A DNA stretch of 64,000 bases from Oculina patagonica (GCF_052425735.1 NC_135761.1:44516001-44580000), one strand, 5' to 3'; positions 1 to 14,055 are shown, counted from the first letter of the stretch. Numbers and translations are program-made. The notes: generated by a model from the sequence alone, not told the origin.

Positions 1-207
1 GAATTGTTTGATATAATTCCTTAAATCCAAATTTTACAGGACAAGGGAAAAATAATATTCAATAGCAACACAATGTGGAAAAGATTATCGCCTTTAAATT
101 TCCCGCGCGCCGCCATTTTAGATTTTATGACGTGTAATAGTTGCCGCTATTGTTTGAGAGCAGGGACCCTTTTGTGTCAAACAATTGGGCCTAAGTTGTA
201 CGCACTT

Positions 208-402
208 TAGCCTGCGTAACTGGCGGTATTGTTGGGTTTTAAAGCGCCCACCAGCAAGCGGTGAAGCCGCGACAACGAGCGGCGCAGCCTCGAGTGGCTT
301 GGGGAGGAGAAGCTTCAACTCCTCCTCCCCAAGCCACTCGCGGCTGCGCCGCTTGCTAGTGAGCACTTAAAAACCCAACAATACCGCCAGCTACGCAGGC
401 TA
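208..402. mobile_element. Palindromic MITE with TAG...CTA termini and a 9-bp TSD (Academ/AcademH-like or MULE-like)
   Basis: TAGCCTGCGTAACTGGCGGTATTGTTGGGTTTT at 208 mirrors AAAACCCAACAATACCGCCAGCTACGCAGGCTA ending at 402. TACGCACTT is duplicated at 199-207 and 403-411. Confidence 0.85.
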
Positions 403-1740
403 TACGCACTTATACGAGGCTTAAAACACATGTTCAAGTTTGATGGGTGTCAGACCACGTTGCGCACAATTTATCACCAAAGTGAACTGACGATAAATGA
501 TATCTTATGCGGCCACCATTACTCGGCTCTTTCAGAGTGGCGGTCTCTGTTGAACCGATCTATCGCATTCCAGATCAGATAAATTTTTCCCCTCAAACAT
601 TGCCTAGTGAACTATCTTAGGTTGTAACTAAATGCAACGACTTTAGTTTTTGGAAATTAGTACGTTAAAATGTATTTTTTGGGCTCTCAACAGTCAAGGC
701 TTGTTTTAAGTGGTCCTACAAAGGTTGGAATATTATCAACCCTTCAATCGCTTTTTTATAAACATGCAAAGTATGGTGGACGGCCTTCATTTTAAATTCC
801 AACTGGATCCTACTAAACAGATGCCAGTTATAAAAGAACCATTTTTATTGTTAGATTTCACCATTCTAAGTCGCAAGAATAAGACTGCCCGCACAAATAA
901 AACTCGTAAAACGATTTAAATGGCTAAAATTGGCGAGTTAGTTGGTATCAAAGTTGCTTTCAAAGAATGTAACATAATATGCAAAAATGACGTTGTCTGC
1001 AACACCAGCAAAAGAAAATGATATTTTTTTAAAAAAAACTACAATGTGTCTAATGTAAGAGAAGTTGTGTTTTTATTCATGTTTGGACGCATATGAACCG
1101 ATTTGAACAAGACCAGCAATTGTAAATTCAGCACTTTTATGGTGCGCAGAATACATGCATGCTATCCATGCAAATATATGCACCTGGGCTTGGCACATAC
1201 GGACATCACATTTGTTTGACAACGGACTAAGGCAGCCCTAGCCAATATTACTAATATTAGTTCCACTTCTGCTTTATGTGACAAATTTATGAACGTGACG
1301 TGGCTTTCTGTTGAATCAGTGCATTGCACTAAGCAACAGAAACCTTAAGTGTATCTTCAATAGCCACAAATTTGCGTGCGCGACAGAAAGGGCGACAGCT
1401 TGATTTGAAATAAGCAATTTTTCATTTTTCATTTGTCGAAAATACTAATTGAATAATTATACTTTGCCTAAAACAAATGACACAACTGTCAGTAGCATTT
1501 CTTACGACGTTAATTGTATTTGCATAATTGTTGCCAACAATTAACACAAAACGACCACTTTAATCGCTATAAAAAATAAAAGAAAAAAGCTAGTTCAACG
1601 TGTAATTATATCGTTCCGCGTGCAAGCATTCTTTCTGTGGTCCGCAGTAGGTAATGAATGTTGCTCATTTATGTACCAATCATAAGAATGTAGCTGTTTT
1701 AATAGAGCAAGTAAGCTAAATTTTATTTATAATGCAAACG

Positions 1741-2138
1741 CGGACAATGTAAAACGCAGACTGGAGACCGGCAGTAAAATGCAGTCTGAGGGTAAGATGC
1801 AGACTGCAGACCAGGGTTAAAATGTAGTGGCGAAATACGAGTCACAAAGTCATTTTACCCCGTACGTTCTATCTTATAGGCTGAAACTCTTAACACGTTG
1901 CGTGATTTTAAGGAATGTTCGGCAGAGAATGTTTCGCACGAGCGATCACAAAAGTTAATCTCCAGTTCATTCACGTGTTCGCTCGTGCGAAACGTTGTTT
2001 GATGTTGTCTGGAACCTGTGGGGTAAAACGACAGTGGACTCATATTTCGTTACTTTACCCTTGGTCTGCATTTTACCGCTGGTCTGCAGTCTGCAGTGTG
2101 CATTTTACCCTCCACGCAGTCTGCGTTTTGCATTGACC
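1741..2138. mobile_element. MITE with TIRs and subterminal GCAGAC repeats
   Basis: GGACAATGTAAAACGCAGACTG at the left versus CAGTCTGCGTTTTGCATTGACC at the right; TAAAATGCAG/CTGCATTTTA units are mirrored in both arms. Confidence 0.7.
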
Positions 2139-2414
2139 AAAGAGGCAACTGAACACAATTCGGCCTGAATTTTAGACGTGTTCCACTGGTCGTGCGGGAG
2201 AATTTGATATAAAGCTACAAATCGTCGATTTCGAAGGTACATCACTGAGTCGTGTTAGACCAGTTAAAACTGAATGGTTCTTTGAATACCTACCTTATGC
2301 TTAAACGACTACAGATTTTGCATAACACATTATTGTTTTGTAAACTGTTCAATATAAAACAGCGAAATTCAAATAATTCGCAAGATCTCTTGAAAACAGA
2401 CAAAGCTTAGCAGA

Positions 2415-2582
2415 CAACGTAATTTGCATAATATTTGCCACACTCCTTTAAACGCAAAGATCAATACTCAAAATTCGCCAATTTTAGCCATTCAAACGTA
2501 ATTTGCATAATATTTGCCACGTTCCTTTAAAAGCACGCGGAGATCAAAACACAGCAATTCGCCAATTTTAACCATTCAAATC
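2415..2582. repeat. Two-copy tandem duplication (~80-bp unit)
   Basis: AACGTAATTTGCATAATATTTGCCAC...AATTCGCCAATTTTA(G/A)CCATTCAAA occurs twice. Confidence 0.75.
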
Positions 2583-3617
2583 GTTCGAAAAAGTTCGAAG
2601 TCACCGTGGCAAAGAATGATAAACTCTGATATTCAAAAGATAGTACAGAACGAATATGGCCCCAATTAATTGACATTATAAAAAATTCCCATTGAGAATA
2701 AGTCAAATGAGTTCACATTTCAGTCTAAAACGCTGTTTTACGTGTAGTTGCTACATTTTACCTCCATACAGCTGATGTTGAACGACTAAACGTGAAACAT
2801 TTCGAATTTTTCATGTAGCAAACAAATAAATCATGTGCGACCTACACCCGGGAGAAGGTTGCCACACACGCAGCCGATCAGTTGGCACAGGAGTACAATT
2901 TTTTTGTCAAGAAGTTTTTTTTTTATCATTTGAACCGTTGTGTTCAGTGTTTTATGCTAACTTTCGTCAATTTGAACTTCAACAAGGAGCTATCTCAAAA
3001 AGAAATAGTGTTTCGTTTCCGGTAACAAACTTCCTTCGCCATCATTGTTCTTCCGTGCGAGCAAGCACAAGACAATTAAATGTTTGCTAATCCAAGTGCT
3101 CTTATTGGTGGAGATTTCCTTGATATCAAAATATAGCTAGAATGTTTACATAACAATTAAACACGGAAAGAGCTCTCATTTTAGTTTTAACCTATACATT
3201 GCTTTAATCGTAAGAAATATTAAAAATTATTAATAATAAAAATACCCACTTGTTAATTAAAATGAAACTTTCTCGTTTTCGTGGGATGAGAATTACGCAA
3301 AATCTCTAAGGATTATAGATAGGAAAAATTAAGAGACTTTCCCTCCTGAATCTGATTGCACGAGGTCGAAGGATGAAACTGGTTGTTAAAGTAAGGCGCT
3401 TAACGGGTAACGGCTTAAATTAGCATCACGAGATGTTTTCTTTTCTTTAAAAAAATACTTCATTTATTTTTTGCTTTGAAATAAATTAAATTCTCGTTTT
3501 GCAGTTCAACCCACTTCGGTGCCCAAATTTATTTTATCATCTAGGCAGAGAGCCTGCAGCTCAATTTTTCAGCAGGTGAACGTTAAAATGATGATGATAA
3601 TTCCCCACCTACATGTA

Positions 3618-4071
3618 CCTTATTATAGGAAATTAACGCGTCATGAAATTAACGCGAATTTCAAACATTCTCGTTAATTTAAGTCGCGTTAATTTTTGTT
3701 AACGTTAATTTCTATGGCTTTAATTTCCATTATTTTGGCCCCTATTTCTCGTTACAGTCCAGACGTTCTTAACTCCAAGGAAAAAGCATTATTTTATCTG
3801 CAACTGTCATAGATACTGCGAAGGAACGCTCAAAGTGGGAATAGTACCACAAACATTGTTTTCGTTTAAGATTATACGCCTACAAGTAGTGAAATTAACT
3901 TGTTTCTGTTGTGTATGTCACGTTAATTGTTTCTTCATTTAGAAATGGTACCCCTTCTTTAGCGTTAATTTCCTTCATTGGGAAGTTATTTTACCTTCAA
4001 TTCGCGTTAATTTAAGTCTCGTTAATTTCAAATAACTTAATTAATACAAGCGTTAATTTCCTATAATAAGG
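3618..4071. mobile_element. Tc1/mariner (pogo-like) MITE
   Basis: TIR CCTTATTATAGGAAATTAACG / CGTTAATTTCCTATAATAAGG flanked by TA on both sides; many internal GTTAATTT motifs. Confidence 0.85.
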
Positions 4072-4649
4072 TAATAGGCTGGATCATCGTTTATGGTTCT
4101 GTGGTTTATCTACATCACCTCTCGGCATTATTTCGCAAAACTAGACAAAACAAACAAAAAAGCGATAAACATGAAACCTTCGAGGTCGATCACGAGCCAG
4201 GAAGATTACGGATTTGTATTTCGATCGATGATTTCGTCAGATTATCAAAGAGCAACTGCCCTAGCCCTTGCGACATGCCGACTTTCTCGCCCCGCTCGAA
4301 ACAGTGAAAAGGACAAAACTGAATTTACTGATAGAACGAAAATGGAAGAGTCTGAAGGCTATTGAATTCGTGATGGAAAATTGAAGAAGAAAGCCCGGGA
4401 CCAAGGTGTTTTGAATTGTTACTTCTCAAATATCTAACCCGCCGGACAGGGTACTTTTTTACACCCACTTCAACATGGCCGCCACTTAAGAAGATTAAAT
4501 AGATTCGGGTACCAATATGTCCTGAACTGCAAAATGAGAATTTAATTTACTTCAAAGCCAAAGAATAAATAAAGTATTTTCTTTAAAAAAAGAAAAGAAA
4601 TCATCTCGTGACGCCAATTCTCGACACGCTGTTGCGCCGTTTCCCGTTA

Positions 4650-5065
4650 AGCCTGGTTGTCATATTAACGACGCGATCGTTTCAATCGCGCCTCTGTCAC
4701 TTCAACAAGTCTTCTTGCGATCTAGGTCGATTATATAAGAACATTACACAGACGATTGCTAACGTCTGTGATGATTGGGGCGATCACGATCACCCGTGTT
4801 CTATTCTTCTAGCTTCTCTTTCCCTTCTTCGCCGTGAAACTGCAATAACTGAGAAGATAGGAGGTCACAAGGTTTGTTCTTTCATTGAAGGCTGCCATTG
4901 TGTTGGATTTAGGGCCAAAACGATTGTTTTTCGTAGGCGCTCGTTCATGCCAGGGGTCTGGGACGATCATATGAGAAACCCCAATCGCTTCGATCGCCTA
5001 CGATCCGGTCTCAGTATTTGCAAACAATCGATGCGATAGAAACGTAATCATACGAGAATCAGGCT
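4650..5065. mobile_element. PIF/Harbinger-type MITE
   Basis: TTA|AGCCTGGTTGTCATAT ... ATACGAGAATCAGGCT|TTA; same family as 17771-17900. Confidence 0.7.
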
Positions 5066-5814
5066 TTAAGCATCTTATCTCAACTAACAGTTTCATACTT
5101 CGACCTGGTACGATCAGGACGGAAAGTCTTTTAATTCTTTTTTGTCTAAAATCCATAAAAATCATGCACTGATTACTGATTCTCATCCAACGAGAACGAG
5201 AAAATTTCATTTTTGATTTACGATTAAATTGTCCTCAATTATTTTTCTAAAATGAAACTAGCGATATTAGAAGAGAACAATATTTCGCTGTCTTCGTGAC
5301 AGCATTTTCAAGTTCACTGTGAATGTCAAGTGCGACGGCTATTTATGAATATGATTTTATAATAGAGCGTGAAGAACGTAGTGAAGTAATTTGAATGCAG
5401 TAAGAGGTACAAAAAATTAGGAGCAGATTGTTCTACGTGAAAAATAGACTCAGATTGAGTGTTTAGATCGACATCTCCACCAGCTCCATTTCCCGTTTAA
5501 GTAACATCCCCTGGTTTTTCTCGTAATCCGCTGTGAAGCCTGGAAGTCGAATTTAATTAATTTGCGGCATTTCTGACGCCACGGAGTCTACAAGAATCCT
5601 ATCGCATTTAAAAGCGCCTGACGTTAGGCTTGGATGCAAAATTTCCAAACACGTCACTGTTATGCTTACCTTCGCTTGTTTAAATTTCAGTTAGACGCTG
5701 AAATAGCAAACGTGGATGTTTTTCCCAAGCGTATGTAACTTGCACAGTGTGTGACAGATAACAGAATACTTTTGCAAGCAGACTGAACGTTTCTTTCTTA
5801 TCTGTAACAGAGAA

Positions 5815-7239
5815 ATGGCCTTAACCCCTGATCAAGTTTTGGAAAAAGTTGGCAGCTTTGGTCGTTACCAACTACTGTTGTTAATCTTTGCTAACGTTCT
5901 TGGCTGGTGCTGGTATGGCTGGCCAGCACTGCTTAACACGTTCATCGCTGCTGAACCTGGCTGGCGTTGCGTCCAGAATAATAACAACAGCGAGTGTAAA
6001 GTGAATGGAACCGTGTACCCTGGGGATAAAAGCTTTTATCACAGATGCAATATTTCCAGGGATGCTTGGGAGTTTGTTGACGACTACACGTCAGCTGTCA
6101 CAGAAGTAACTACCACAACTCTTATTTTACTTATTGTTGTTGTTGTTGTTGTTGTTGTCACCGTGTACAAACACTGCCCTAGCTTGATAAGAAAACAACC
6201 ACAAAAATCGAGGTAAGAATAATTTGGACTGCGATTAGACCAAAAAAAAAATCATCTACATGGATTTCTAGATTGCGGAAGACAATGGTTTCGTTGTTGG
6301 GGAGGGGGGACAGCCTATAGGGCTTTCTTTTTTTGCTTTTAAATGCACTCTGCCCATTTTGGTAATTTAAACTGAAGAAAGTAAGCTGTATGAGTTTTAA
6401 TGGCTTTTGTGTTCTGGTCACGTGAATTACCAAACATGGTCATGACTACCGAAAGTGAAGGCAACCTCCAATAGAACAAACATGGCTAAAAACTAAACCC
6501 AAGATGCTAAGGGAGACCAAGATATGACGGTTAGAAGTCATCCATAACAGCCATTTTTCTGTTTAGGGTCTCCGTCCTTAAGGTCATTACCCTGAAATAG
6601 AACTGAACATAGATTTTTAACCAAACTTCTCCTACTGGTTAATTACTTTAAGGGAACTTAAATTTTGAAATAAAAAAGGGGGGTCACCATATTCGTTTAG
6701 GAGCGGGAAGACCTTGACAGTTGTATATTCCATATCATTCCTTTAAAATTCCTCTGCGAGTACTGGCAACGTACACGTTTTAAGCGATTATTTATTTTGC
6801 AAACATAGGAATTGATCTGTTTTCATTTTACAAAAAGAAATTGATCACTACACCCAAAATATGAGAAACAATTGATAGGTCACCATACTCGTTTACGAGA
6901 AAGCGATAATTTACTTCTCTAGAGGACTAAGCCGTAAAGAAAAAAGCCGCCATTTTGTTGATGTGCGCGCGTTAATTACGCGTAAAATTCTGCGCAGTAA
7001 CGATGCGCAATGCAATACAGGGCTATGACCTTAACGTGGAGCGAAATTATTATGCACTGAAAAGAAAGCTTTTGGCTTGATCTACGACATGACGTAATTT
7101 TTGCTGAATGTGACGTCAGAAGATGTGACAGTCAGAAGATGATAGAAATTGATACCAATTGGAACCTTTTGCTTTAAAAATTGATCTCTTTACTTTCCTT
7201 TTTAAATTTTTATTTACTATCACCACCTCAGCATACTCG

Positions 7240-7294
<55 letters not shown>

Positions 7295-10200
7295 TAAAGA
7301 TGAACGTTTCACTCGTTTCAGCAGTAACGTATTGTGATTCCCTTACAGTTTGACTTGGTGTGTGACAAGGAACTGTACGGTACTATCTCGTCCTCCTTGG
7401 TCTATCTTGGATCGCTAATCGGAAGTATCATCATCAGCTCTTTATCAGACAAACTGGGCAGAAAGACCATCATATTTGGTGCTGGTTGTGCAGTTTCCCT
7501 TTTTAGTCTGCTGACAGCTTTCCCGAAAGTTTACTGGCTCTTTGCTGTCTTTCGGTTTCTCGTTGGCTTTGGCTTTGGTATGTATAATTATTTTTCCTCT
7601 CTATATGAAATTAATTACTATTAAGGATGTAGGAATAGATTATTTTCATAATTTGTATATCTTAATTATAAGAATGACATACCCTTTTTCTGCAGACAAG
7701 ATGGCGTGGAAATCTAGATACAATTGTGTTTAGTTTTAAGTCAAAGTTAAAGACTCGCTTGTTCAAAAGAGCGTTTTGCTTATATTTTTAAGATTTTTTC
7801 AATGGATTTTAACCTTTTTTAAGTTTTGGCAACTAGGTTTACTATTCTTGTATCGTTTTATTTTATTTGATATGTTTACTTTATATTAATTTTATTATTC
7901 ATTTAATTATTTTATGGCGAATTTGAATATATGTGTGAAGAAATTCACGCCCTATCAGTTTTAACATATATCATAATATATGTGACTTGGTCTATGTGGC
8001 TTGGCGTTTCCTCGGCAACCAACAATGGGCGCCAAAAGTGTTGAGACAGTCGGCACTTTTTGAGAACCTTGGACAAATTTTACCCCTCACCCCTTCAATA
8101 TAACCCCCTCCCCCCGAAACAATGTTGCATTTGCTATCTGCAAGACTTGCCTCGTTTGAGTACAACATTGAAAAAGGGGGGAGGGGGAGTGGTTTAGAAG
8201 CGACAGCAGATTAAAGGTGTAAAACGGGAATTTTAAATTAGTATCATGACGCCCATTGAAGTTCTAACAAGCTACTCCAGTTTATTTTTTGATGTAATAT
8301 TTTGTTATTTTATATTAACAAGTCTTGGCATTTTATATTATTTTCTACTTTTTGTGTCCAATTTTGGCGACCAGGAATTCTTTTATATTAAGAAAAAAAC
8401 TATTGAAATCGAAGATGGCGGAGTTTGCAGTAATACATTCAGACGTCATTTTTGCGATATGACGTCATGATTGGGACGACACTATTATTGGAATAACGAG
8501 GTATGGTGCTTGATATATCATACGAGTTTAACTAGCGCGGAGTAAATACTTCTAGAAATACAAGAGTGGACGACCTTCTTTCTGACCTACAAAAGGACCT
8601 TTTAAAAGGTAAAATATACATTTTATATACCTGTATTTTTCTTTCAATAGGAGGATCAGGAATTACAATTTTCGTTTTAGCCCTCGAGTTCGTCGGCATT
8701 GAGCACAGAAGCATGATGGGGACATCTTTGTGGTATTCTTTTCCTCTGGCTGCTATGGCCTTAGCAGGGATCGCCTATCTTAGCAAAGACTGGAGGATGC
8801 TGTGCAAAGTGACTGGGGCACCGGCAATCCCACTCCTGATTGGCTACTGGTATGCCGTATAGAAATAAATCTCTGATAGTACTGGAAGAAATAAATAATT
8901 TTGAAGTAATTTAATTAAAAAATAATGAGAACAAAATTCGAAAAGTTTGTAGTGCTAAAACTTACCCAGGCAGCAAAACGTGGTAAATGTTTGCGTGGGC
9001 GGTGCGCAAGAATTCGATGTTGTGCTAAGCTAGCTGCAGACAATAGGAAGTCCAAAAGCACAAAATTGTCCGAAACTATCTTCATTTTGCGTTTATGATA
9101 AACAAATTCAAAGTTTGTGTGGTGCACTGATCAATTTTTAACAGAAAAAATCTAAGAAGTTTGAGAAAAAAAAGCTGTTTTCGTGAAAATAGTAATTATA
9201 AAAAAGTACGACATTGAATTTCACGCTTGATCATATATTTTTTATGTTTTTTTTTTTCGAAATCGCGCACGTCTACCTGCTTTTAGCGATTAAAATAAAG
9301 TAAACGGGGCCTTTGTAAAGAATGACCGGTTTAAACATTCAGAAAACATCCAAGAAGTAGGTAATTTGCTTATGTGAAGTCAAAAATATCCTTACAGATT
9401 TTTATGGAGCTTCGTTTAACAGAGACAACAGAAGGGACACACACAAGGTATAAGTATCGAATAGCATTTCCAGTGAACATGCAGTTATGGAAACTCGATT
9501 CACTGCTAAACAATTGTGACGCCATTATCACGTGATGTTCACTCCGATCTTCATCTCCATGTTAAGATTCAGTTTTGGGAGATTCATAGGTCGAAGATGC
9601 TACTACAAAATTACTGGGACGAGCCAGCTAAAGAATCTAGCGTTCAATTTATTTTGTTGATTTTATTTCAGGTTTACTCCAGAGTCCCTTCGCTGGTTGA
9701 TAGTGAAAGACAAGCCCGACGAAGCTTCAAAACTCTGCAAGAACATTGCGCGCGTCAACGGCAAAGAAGTATCTGAGGAAGACTTACACTTCGCTAGCGA
9801 AGAAGTAGGCCAAAGACTGGGTGATCTTCGGGATTTGTTTGGGTCTCGAAGTTTTGCGAAAAAGACCCTTATCATGTGGTATAGTTGGTAAGAAACCTTA
9901 TCCTTTTGAGAATGTAAACATGAGTATTTCGTCGTTGGTGGATATTATGAACAATTTATCTGTTTATCATGCCGAACTCGGGCTTCTTGTTACAACGCAG
10001 CGATGGTGCAATGCCTATTGCGTCTATATGATGTCCTGCTTACACCACTTCCAGTTTTTTTCGTTTTACATTGTGTTTGTATTGTAACCATTCATTCCTA
10101 GCTTTTCCTATCCTAGAAAGAAATAGATATTTGACAAAATCACTGTTAGCGCTTTTAAAACTTCTCTCTCCGACACAAGTTTTATAATCGCGATGTTTAC

Positions 10201-13200
10201 CCTAAAGAGTTGTAACATAGCTTGAGCAGCCGATTTAAAGTTTGCTTTGATGGAACGTTCAAGGGAAGGACATTGGATGCCGAAGGGCATCGATTTTTTC
10301 TCCTTCGTGCTAATAGTACTAAAGCCCAAATCGTTTTAAAACTGCCGTTGACATGGTTATATGGACAAAAAGCCTCTCATTTGTTCCAACAGGAAAAAAA
10401 AATGATTGTGTTGAGTGTCCATCAGTCCATGGATAAACCTAAGTAACTCAACTTTAAGCTTTCCTAGATATATGTATCTTCTCTTTAGGTTCGTGAATGG
10501 ATTGATGTATTACGGTGTCTACTTCAGCATACCGACAATAGGTGGCAATCTGTACCTGAACTTCTTTCTTGCCAGTGTCATTGACCTTCCGGCAATCCCA
10601 GCAGGCATTTGGATCTACAACAGGTCAGTGACATCGCATTTTATTTAACCATTTGTTTTACCGATCATCAGAGTTAATTTTACATGACATTAAGGTTAAT
10701 TTTTCATTATAATAATTTTATCGGGCATTGTGGCGTATTTTGCGTGCTAAAATGGTGAATTCAGCGGACTAAAATACATTTTAGTCCATTGCCGTGGACC
10801 AATCAGAAACAAGAAAAAAACGAAGCCAGCTAATCAGGAATGAAAACCATTCAACTGTTCGCGACGTTTCTTTGCAGGCTAGCATCACTTTAAACCCGGT
10901 TAATTCAGCGGACTAAAATACATTTTAGTCCACTGCTGTGGACCAATCAGAAACAAGAAAAAACGAAGCCAGCCAATCAGAACTGAAAACCATTCAACTG
11001 TTCGCGACGTTTCTTTGCAGGCTAGCATCACTTTAAACCCGTTTAGTTTGAGTCGAGGAGCTCCCATGCCATCTGCAACTGCAAACTTAAAGTTCTTGAG
11101 CTTGCAGTCGAGTAAAATCTCATCCATTCCAAGCATCCATTCCATGCAACATTTAAGGTGATCTTAAGAATCCACACCCCGAGTGGATACATCAGATTAA
11201 ATCTATATCCGGATTTTAAGGAATCATGATCCGTGCGTTTCTTTGGGAAAGGATTCGAAAAACGTACATTGGCCCAGCGGTCTTTGCTGTGAAAATACAG
11301 GTTCGCTCTTTGTAAACACTGTCATTCGGAAAGTTTTGAGGCGCTTATTTCGATAAAAATTCCAAAATAATTCACGATAAAAGGAAACAGTAGCTTGATC
11401 AGTATGAAGTGTCATTTTAAACTGGATGCAGGTTTTTTGCATCCTTTTGAAATTGTCAGAAATGAAGCTTGCATTGATCATTTCGCAAACATTCTTAGCT
11501 CTTAGATGCGTTCTCGCAACATTGTGCTTGAGGCTAAAGGATAACTGTTTCGACGTGTGAATTTTTTAAAAGATTTTGTATGCTTAATTGATTTCAGGTA
11601 GCATATATTCGACGGAAAATAAATTTGTGCCGATATTTTATATGCAAAAAACATTTTCGGATTCTTTGTTTCTTTGGGAGTAAAGTATCCGTGTGATCTG
11701 AGATCAATAATCCAATTTTGGATTTTCCCAAAGAAACGCATCCTTAGACAGCTAACGATCAAAACAATTTAATACCCTGCAATCCTTTGTCGTGGCGATT
11801 TTTCTTTCACAAACTCATGGCCTCAACAAAAACTTTTCCGCTTGAACTAAAGCAAAATGTAGTGACGTCACCGGACGGCATAAGCGGCCGATTTTTTCGG
11901 GAGCATGCAACCAAAGAGAGATGCCTGAAATTCAGGCTTGGGTCAATGTTCTTGAGCATAAATATGTTTTTAGCCCTTCTCACAGCTTATTTAGCCCTCG
12001 CTTGGACTAAAATGAACCTAAGTCGGGCCAAAAACATACTTACGTCCAGTAACATCAACACTATTGTTGTATTAAGGTTTGGCCGCAAGAAAGGTGTCTT
12101 CATTCCCATGCTGTTAGCCGCTGCTGGTGCTGCTGGCTCAGCTATTTTAGCAACTTATGGCAAGGAGAATGATGGTAAGTTCTGATGGAATTTCCAATTT
12201 GTTTATGTAGTTTTTCGCCACGGTCATATAAGACAATAATTTGTCCATCGGCGTACTATATGTTTGTGAAGGCGCGTTAAGTGAGAGGAGAAAAGGACGA
12301 TGCTGTAAGTGGTCGCGATGGTGGAGGACGAGGAGGAGGAGAAGGAGGGGAAGGATGTTTCTAGAGACGACTGATATAAGTTCTTTTCGTTCACTTTTAG
12401 CAGGATATCTTGCCGGAAAGATAATATTAGCCATGATTTGGGCCAAGTTTTGGATCATGATATCATACGACGGCATATTTCTTTATGCGGCAGAACTTTT
12501 CCCAACGGTTGTCAGGTAATGCATTCAATAATATTTAACCCTCGGACCTATAAACAGATTCATACCCCCACCGTGGAACAATTATAATATATAATGCACA
12601 GCAAAACTATTTTGCACTGAATAGAAAGCCCTTAGCTTACTCTACTAGAAGACACTCTACAAGATGACATTATATTTTGTTGGGTGTGACGTCATATGAC
12701 TTCATTAGACCTGCCATCTTGGATCCGTCATCTTGGATTTCACCATTTCCTTAGAATGTCAGAAGATAACGGAAATTGGCCGTTCCGAGGTTGCGCGCGA
12801 GTTTCAAATTTTAAGTAATCGATAATTTGACACTACCCTATGAAAGATCATGGTGAGATTGGTCATTTGACCAAATTTGATGCTTTCAGAATAAACAGAA
12901 ACGAAGTTATGGACCTTGAAACTTAGTTCAAAATCCATACAAACGTCTCTAATTGTGAGCCAGCGTCCCCCAAAACCATATAAACTCTTAAATTTTTTAT
13001 CCGTTTTGTGACAGCTGCAAAATCCTGCCAAAGAGCCATTATATGAAAGAAACTAAGATGAAAATCACTATGTTTTCCCATTTTAAAGAGTATCAACTAA
13101 TAAGAATATCTAGTGAGTTCTCTAAAAATTACAGGATTTGTTGCTTTGAATATCTTATTGCAATTTTGCACAATTTGTAAAAAGTTGCCTTCAGTTAAAT

Positions 13201-13800
13201 CCCCCAGGCACCTCGATATAATAATTTGCTTATTAAACAAGTAAAAGTTAAAAAAGGTTTGATGCAACTTTAGAAGAGTAGTAGATAGCCTGTTTATGGC
13301 AAATGTTTAAGAATTTTTGTTCTTTTAGGAGCGTTGCCATGGGAACATCGGCCAGTGCATCCTATATTGGCCAGTTTACTGCACCTTACATCATCTTTCT
13401 GGTGAGTTTCTAATTCTGTTTGTTTGTTTATTTGTAGTTTTACTAACACAGATTTTTGATTGATTGATTGATTGATTAATTAATTGATTCATTGATTGAT
13501 TGATTGGTTCATGATTGATTGATTGATTGATTCATTCATTCATTCATTCATTCATTCCTTGCTTCCTTCCCTCTTTTCTTCATTCATTCATTCATTCAAG
13601 ACAGCGTCGCCGTCTAACATAACTAACGGATATGTGTTCTTTTTCAGCAACGTGTTCATCCGATTTTACCATACGGAATCATGGCATTGAATGCCTCAAT
13701 GGCCGGGCTACTTTGTGTGCTTCTGCCGGAAACCCGGTACACACCAACATTAGAGACGATGGAAAAGCCTCAAGAAGAAGCATATAACACAAAGTTTTAG
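5815..13800 (+). CDS. SLC22-family organic cation/anion transporter (MFS), 9 coding exons: 5815-6105, 7349-7577, 8651-8849, 9672-9887, 10489-10623, 12077-12174, 12404-12515, 13329-13401, 13648-13800; 501 aa
   Basis: All introns are GT-AG with compatible phases; exons total 1506 nt and end in TAG at 13798-13800. Motifs: GSFGRYQ, Cys-containing loop ending FDLVC, SDKLGRK, PESLRW, RFGRK, AELFPTVVR, LPETR. AATAAA at ~13840. Confidence 0.92.
6582..7030. mobile_element. Kolobok-like MITE in SLC22 intron 1
   Basis: TTAA|GGTCATTACCCTG ... CAGGGCTATGACC|TTAA. Confidence 0.75.
7240..7293. repeat. (TCA)n microsatellite
   Basis: Direct reading. Confidence 0.95.
10758..11041. repeat. Two-copy tandem duplication, period ~144 bp, in SLC22 intron 5
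   Basis: AATTCAGCGGACTAAAATACATTTTAGTCCA...CTTTAAACCCG at 10758 and 10902; each copy carries CCAATCAG and a GGACTAAAAT/ATTTTAGTCC palindrome. Confidence 0.9.
11233..11743. mobile_element. MITE with inverted ends (probably Harbinger-type); left boundary uncertain
   Basis: GTGCGTTTCTTTGGGAAA versus TTTCCCAAAGAAACGCATC. Confidence 0.5.
13457..13598. repeat. (GATT)n/(CATT)n microsatellite in SLC22 intron 8
   Basis: Direct reading. Confidence 0.9.
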
Positions 13801-13859
13801 CAAGAGCGAGGCTGTGTTATGGAATAGCTTACCAAATTAAATAAAACGATCGTACTGGC

Positions 13860-14055
13860 TAAAACGATTTTTAAAAATCGAAATGCCGCTGCCATTGTAA
13901 CGTCAAGTTTATGACATAACAACCTATCCTACCAATTTAGTCACAAATATATTTTAGGTAAACTCGAAAATTTTGGCAGCGTTTGGTTGAATCTTGAAAA
14001 AGTTATAAGCGTTCAAAGTCAGCGCAGGCACTTTTCCCCGCACGGTCTGGATAGG
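13860..14055. mobile_element. Right arm of a piggyBac-like MITE
   Basis: Ends GGTCTGGATAGGG|TTAA, complementary to the TTAA|CCCTATTCAGACC left end at 58697. Confidence 0.55.

Noticed and set aside
13798-13827. Stop-codon readthrough in SLC22 (TAG CAA ... TAG)
   Set aside because: The context CAAGAG does not match CARYYA, and there is no conservation evidence for the 8-codon extension.
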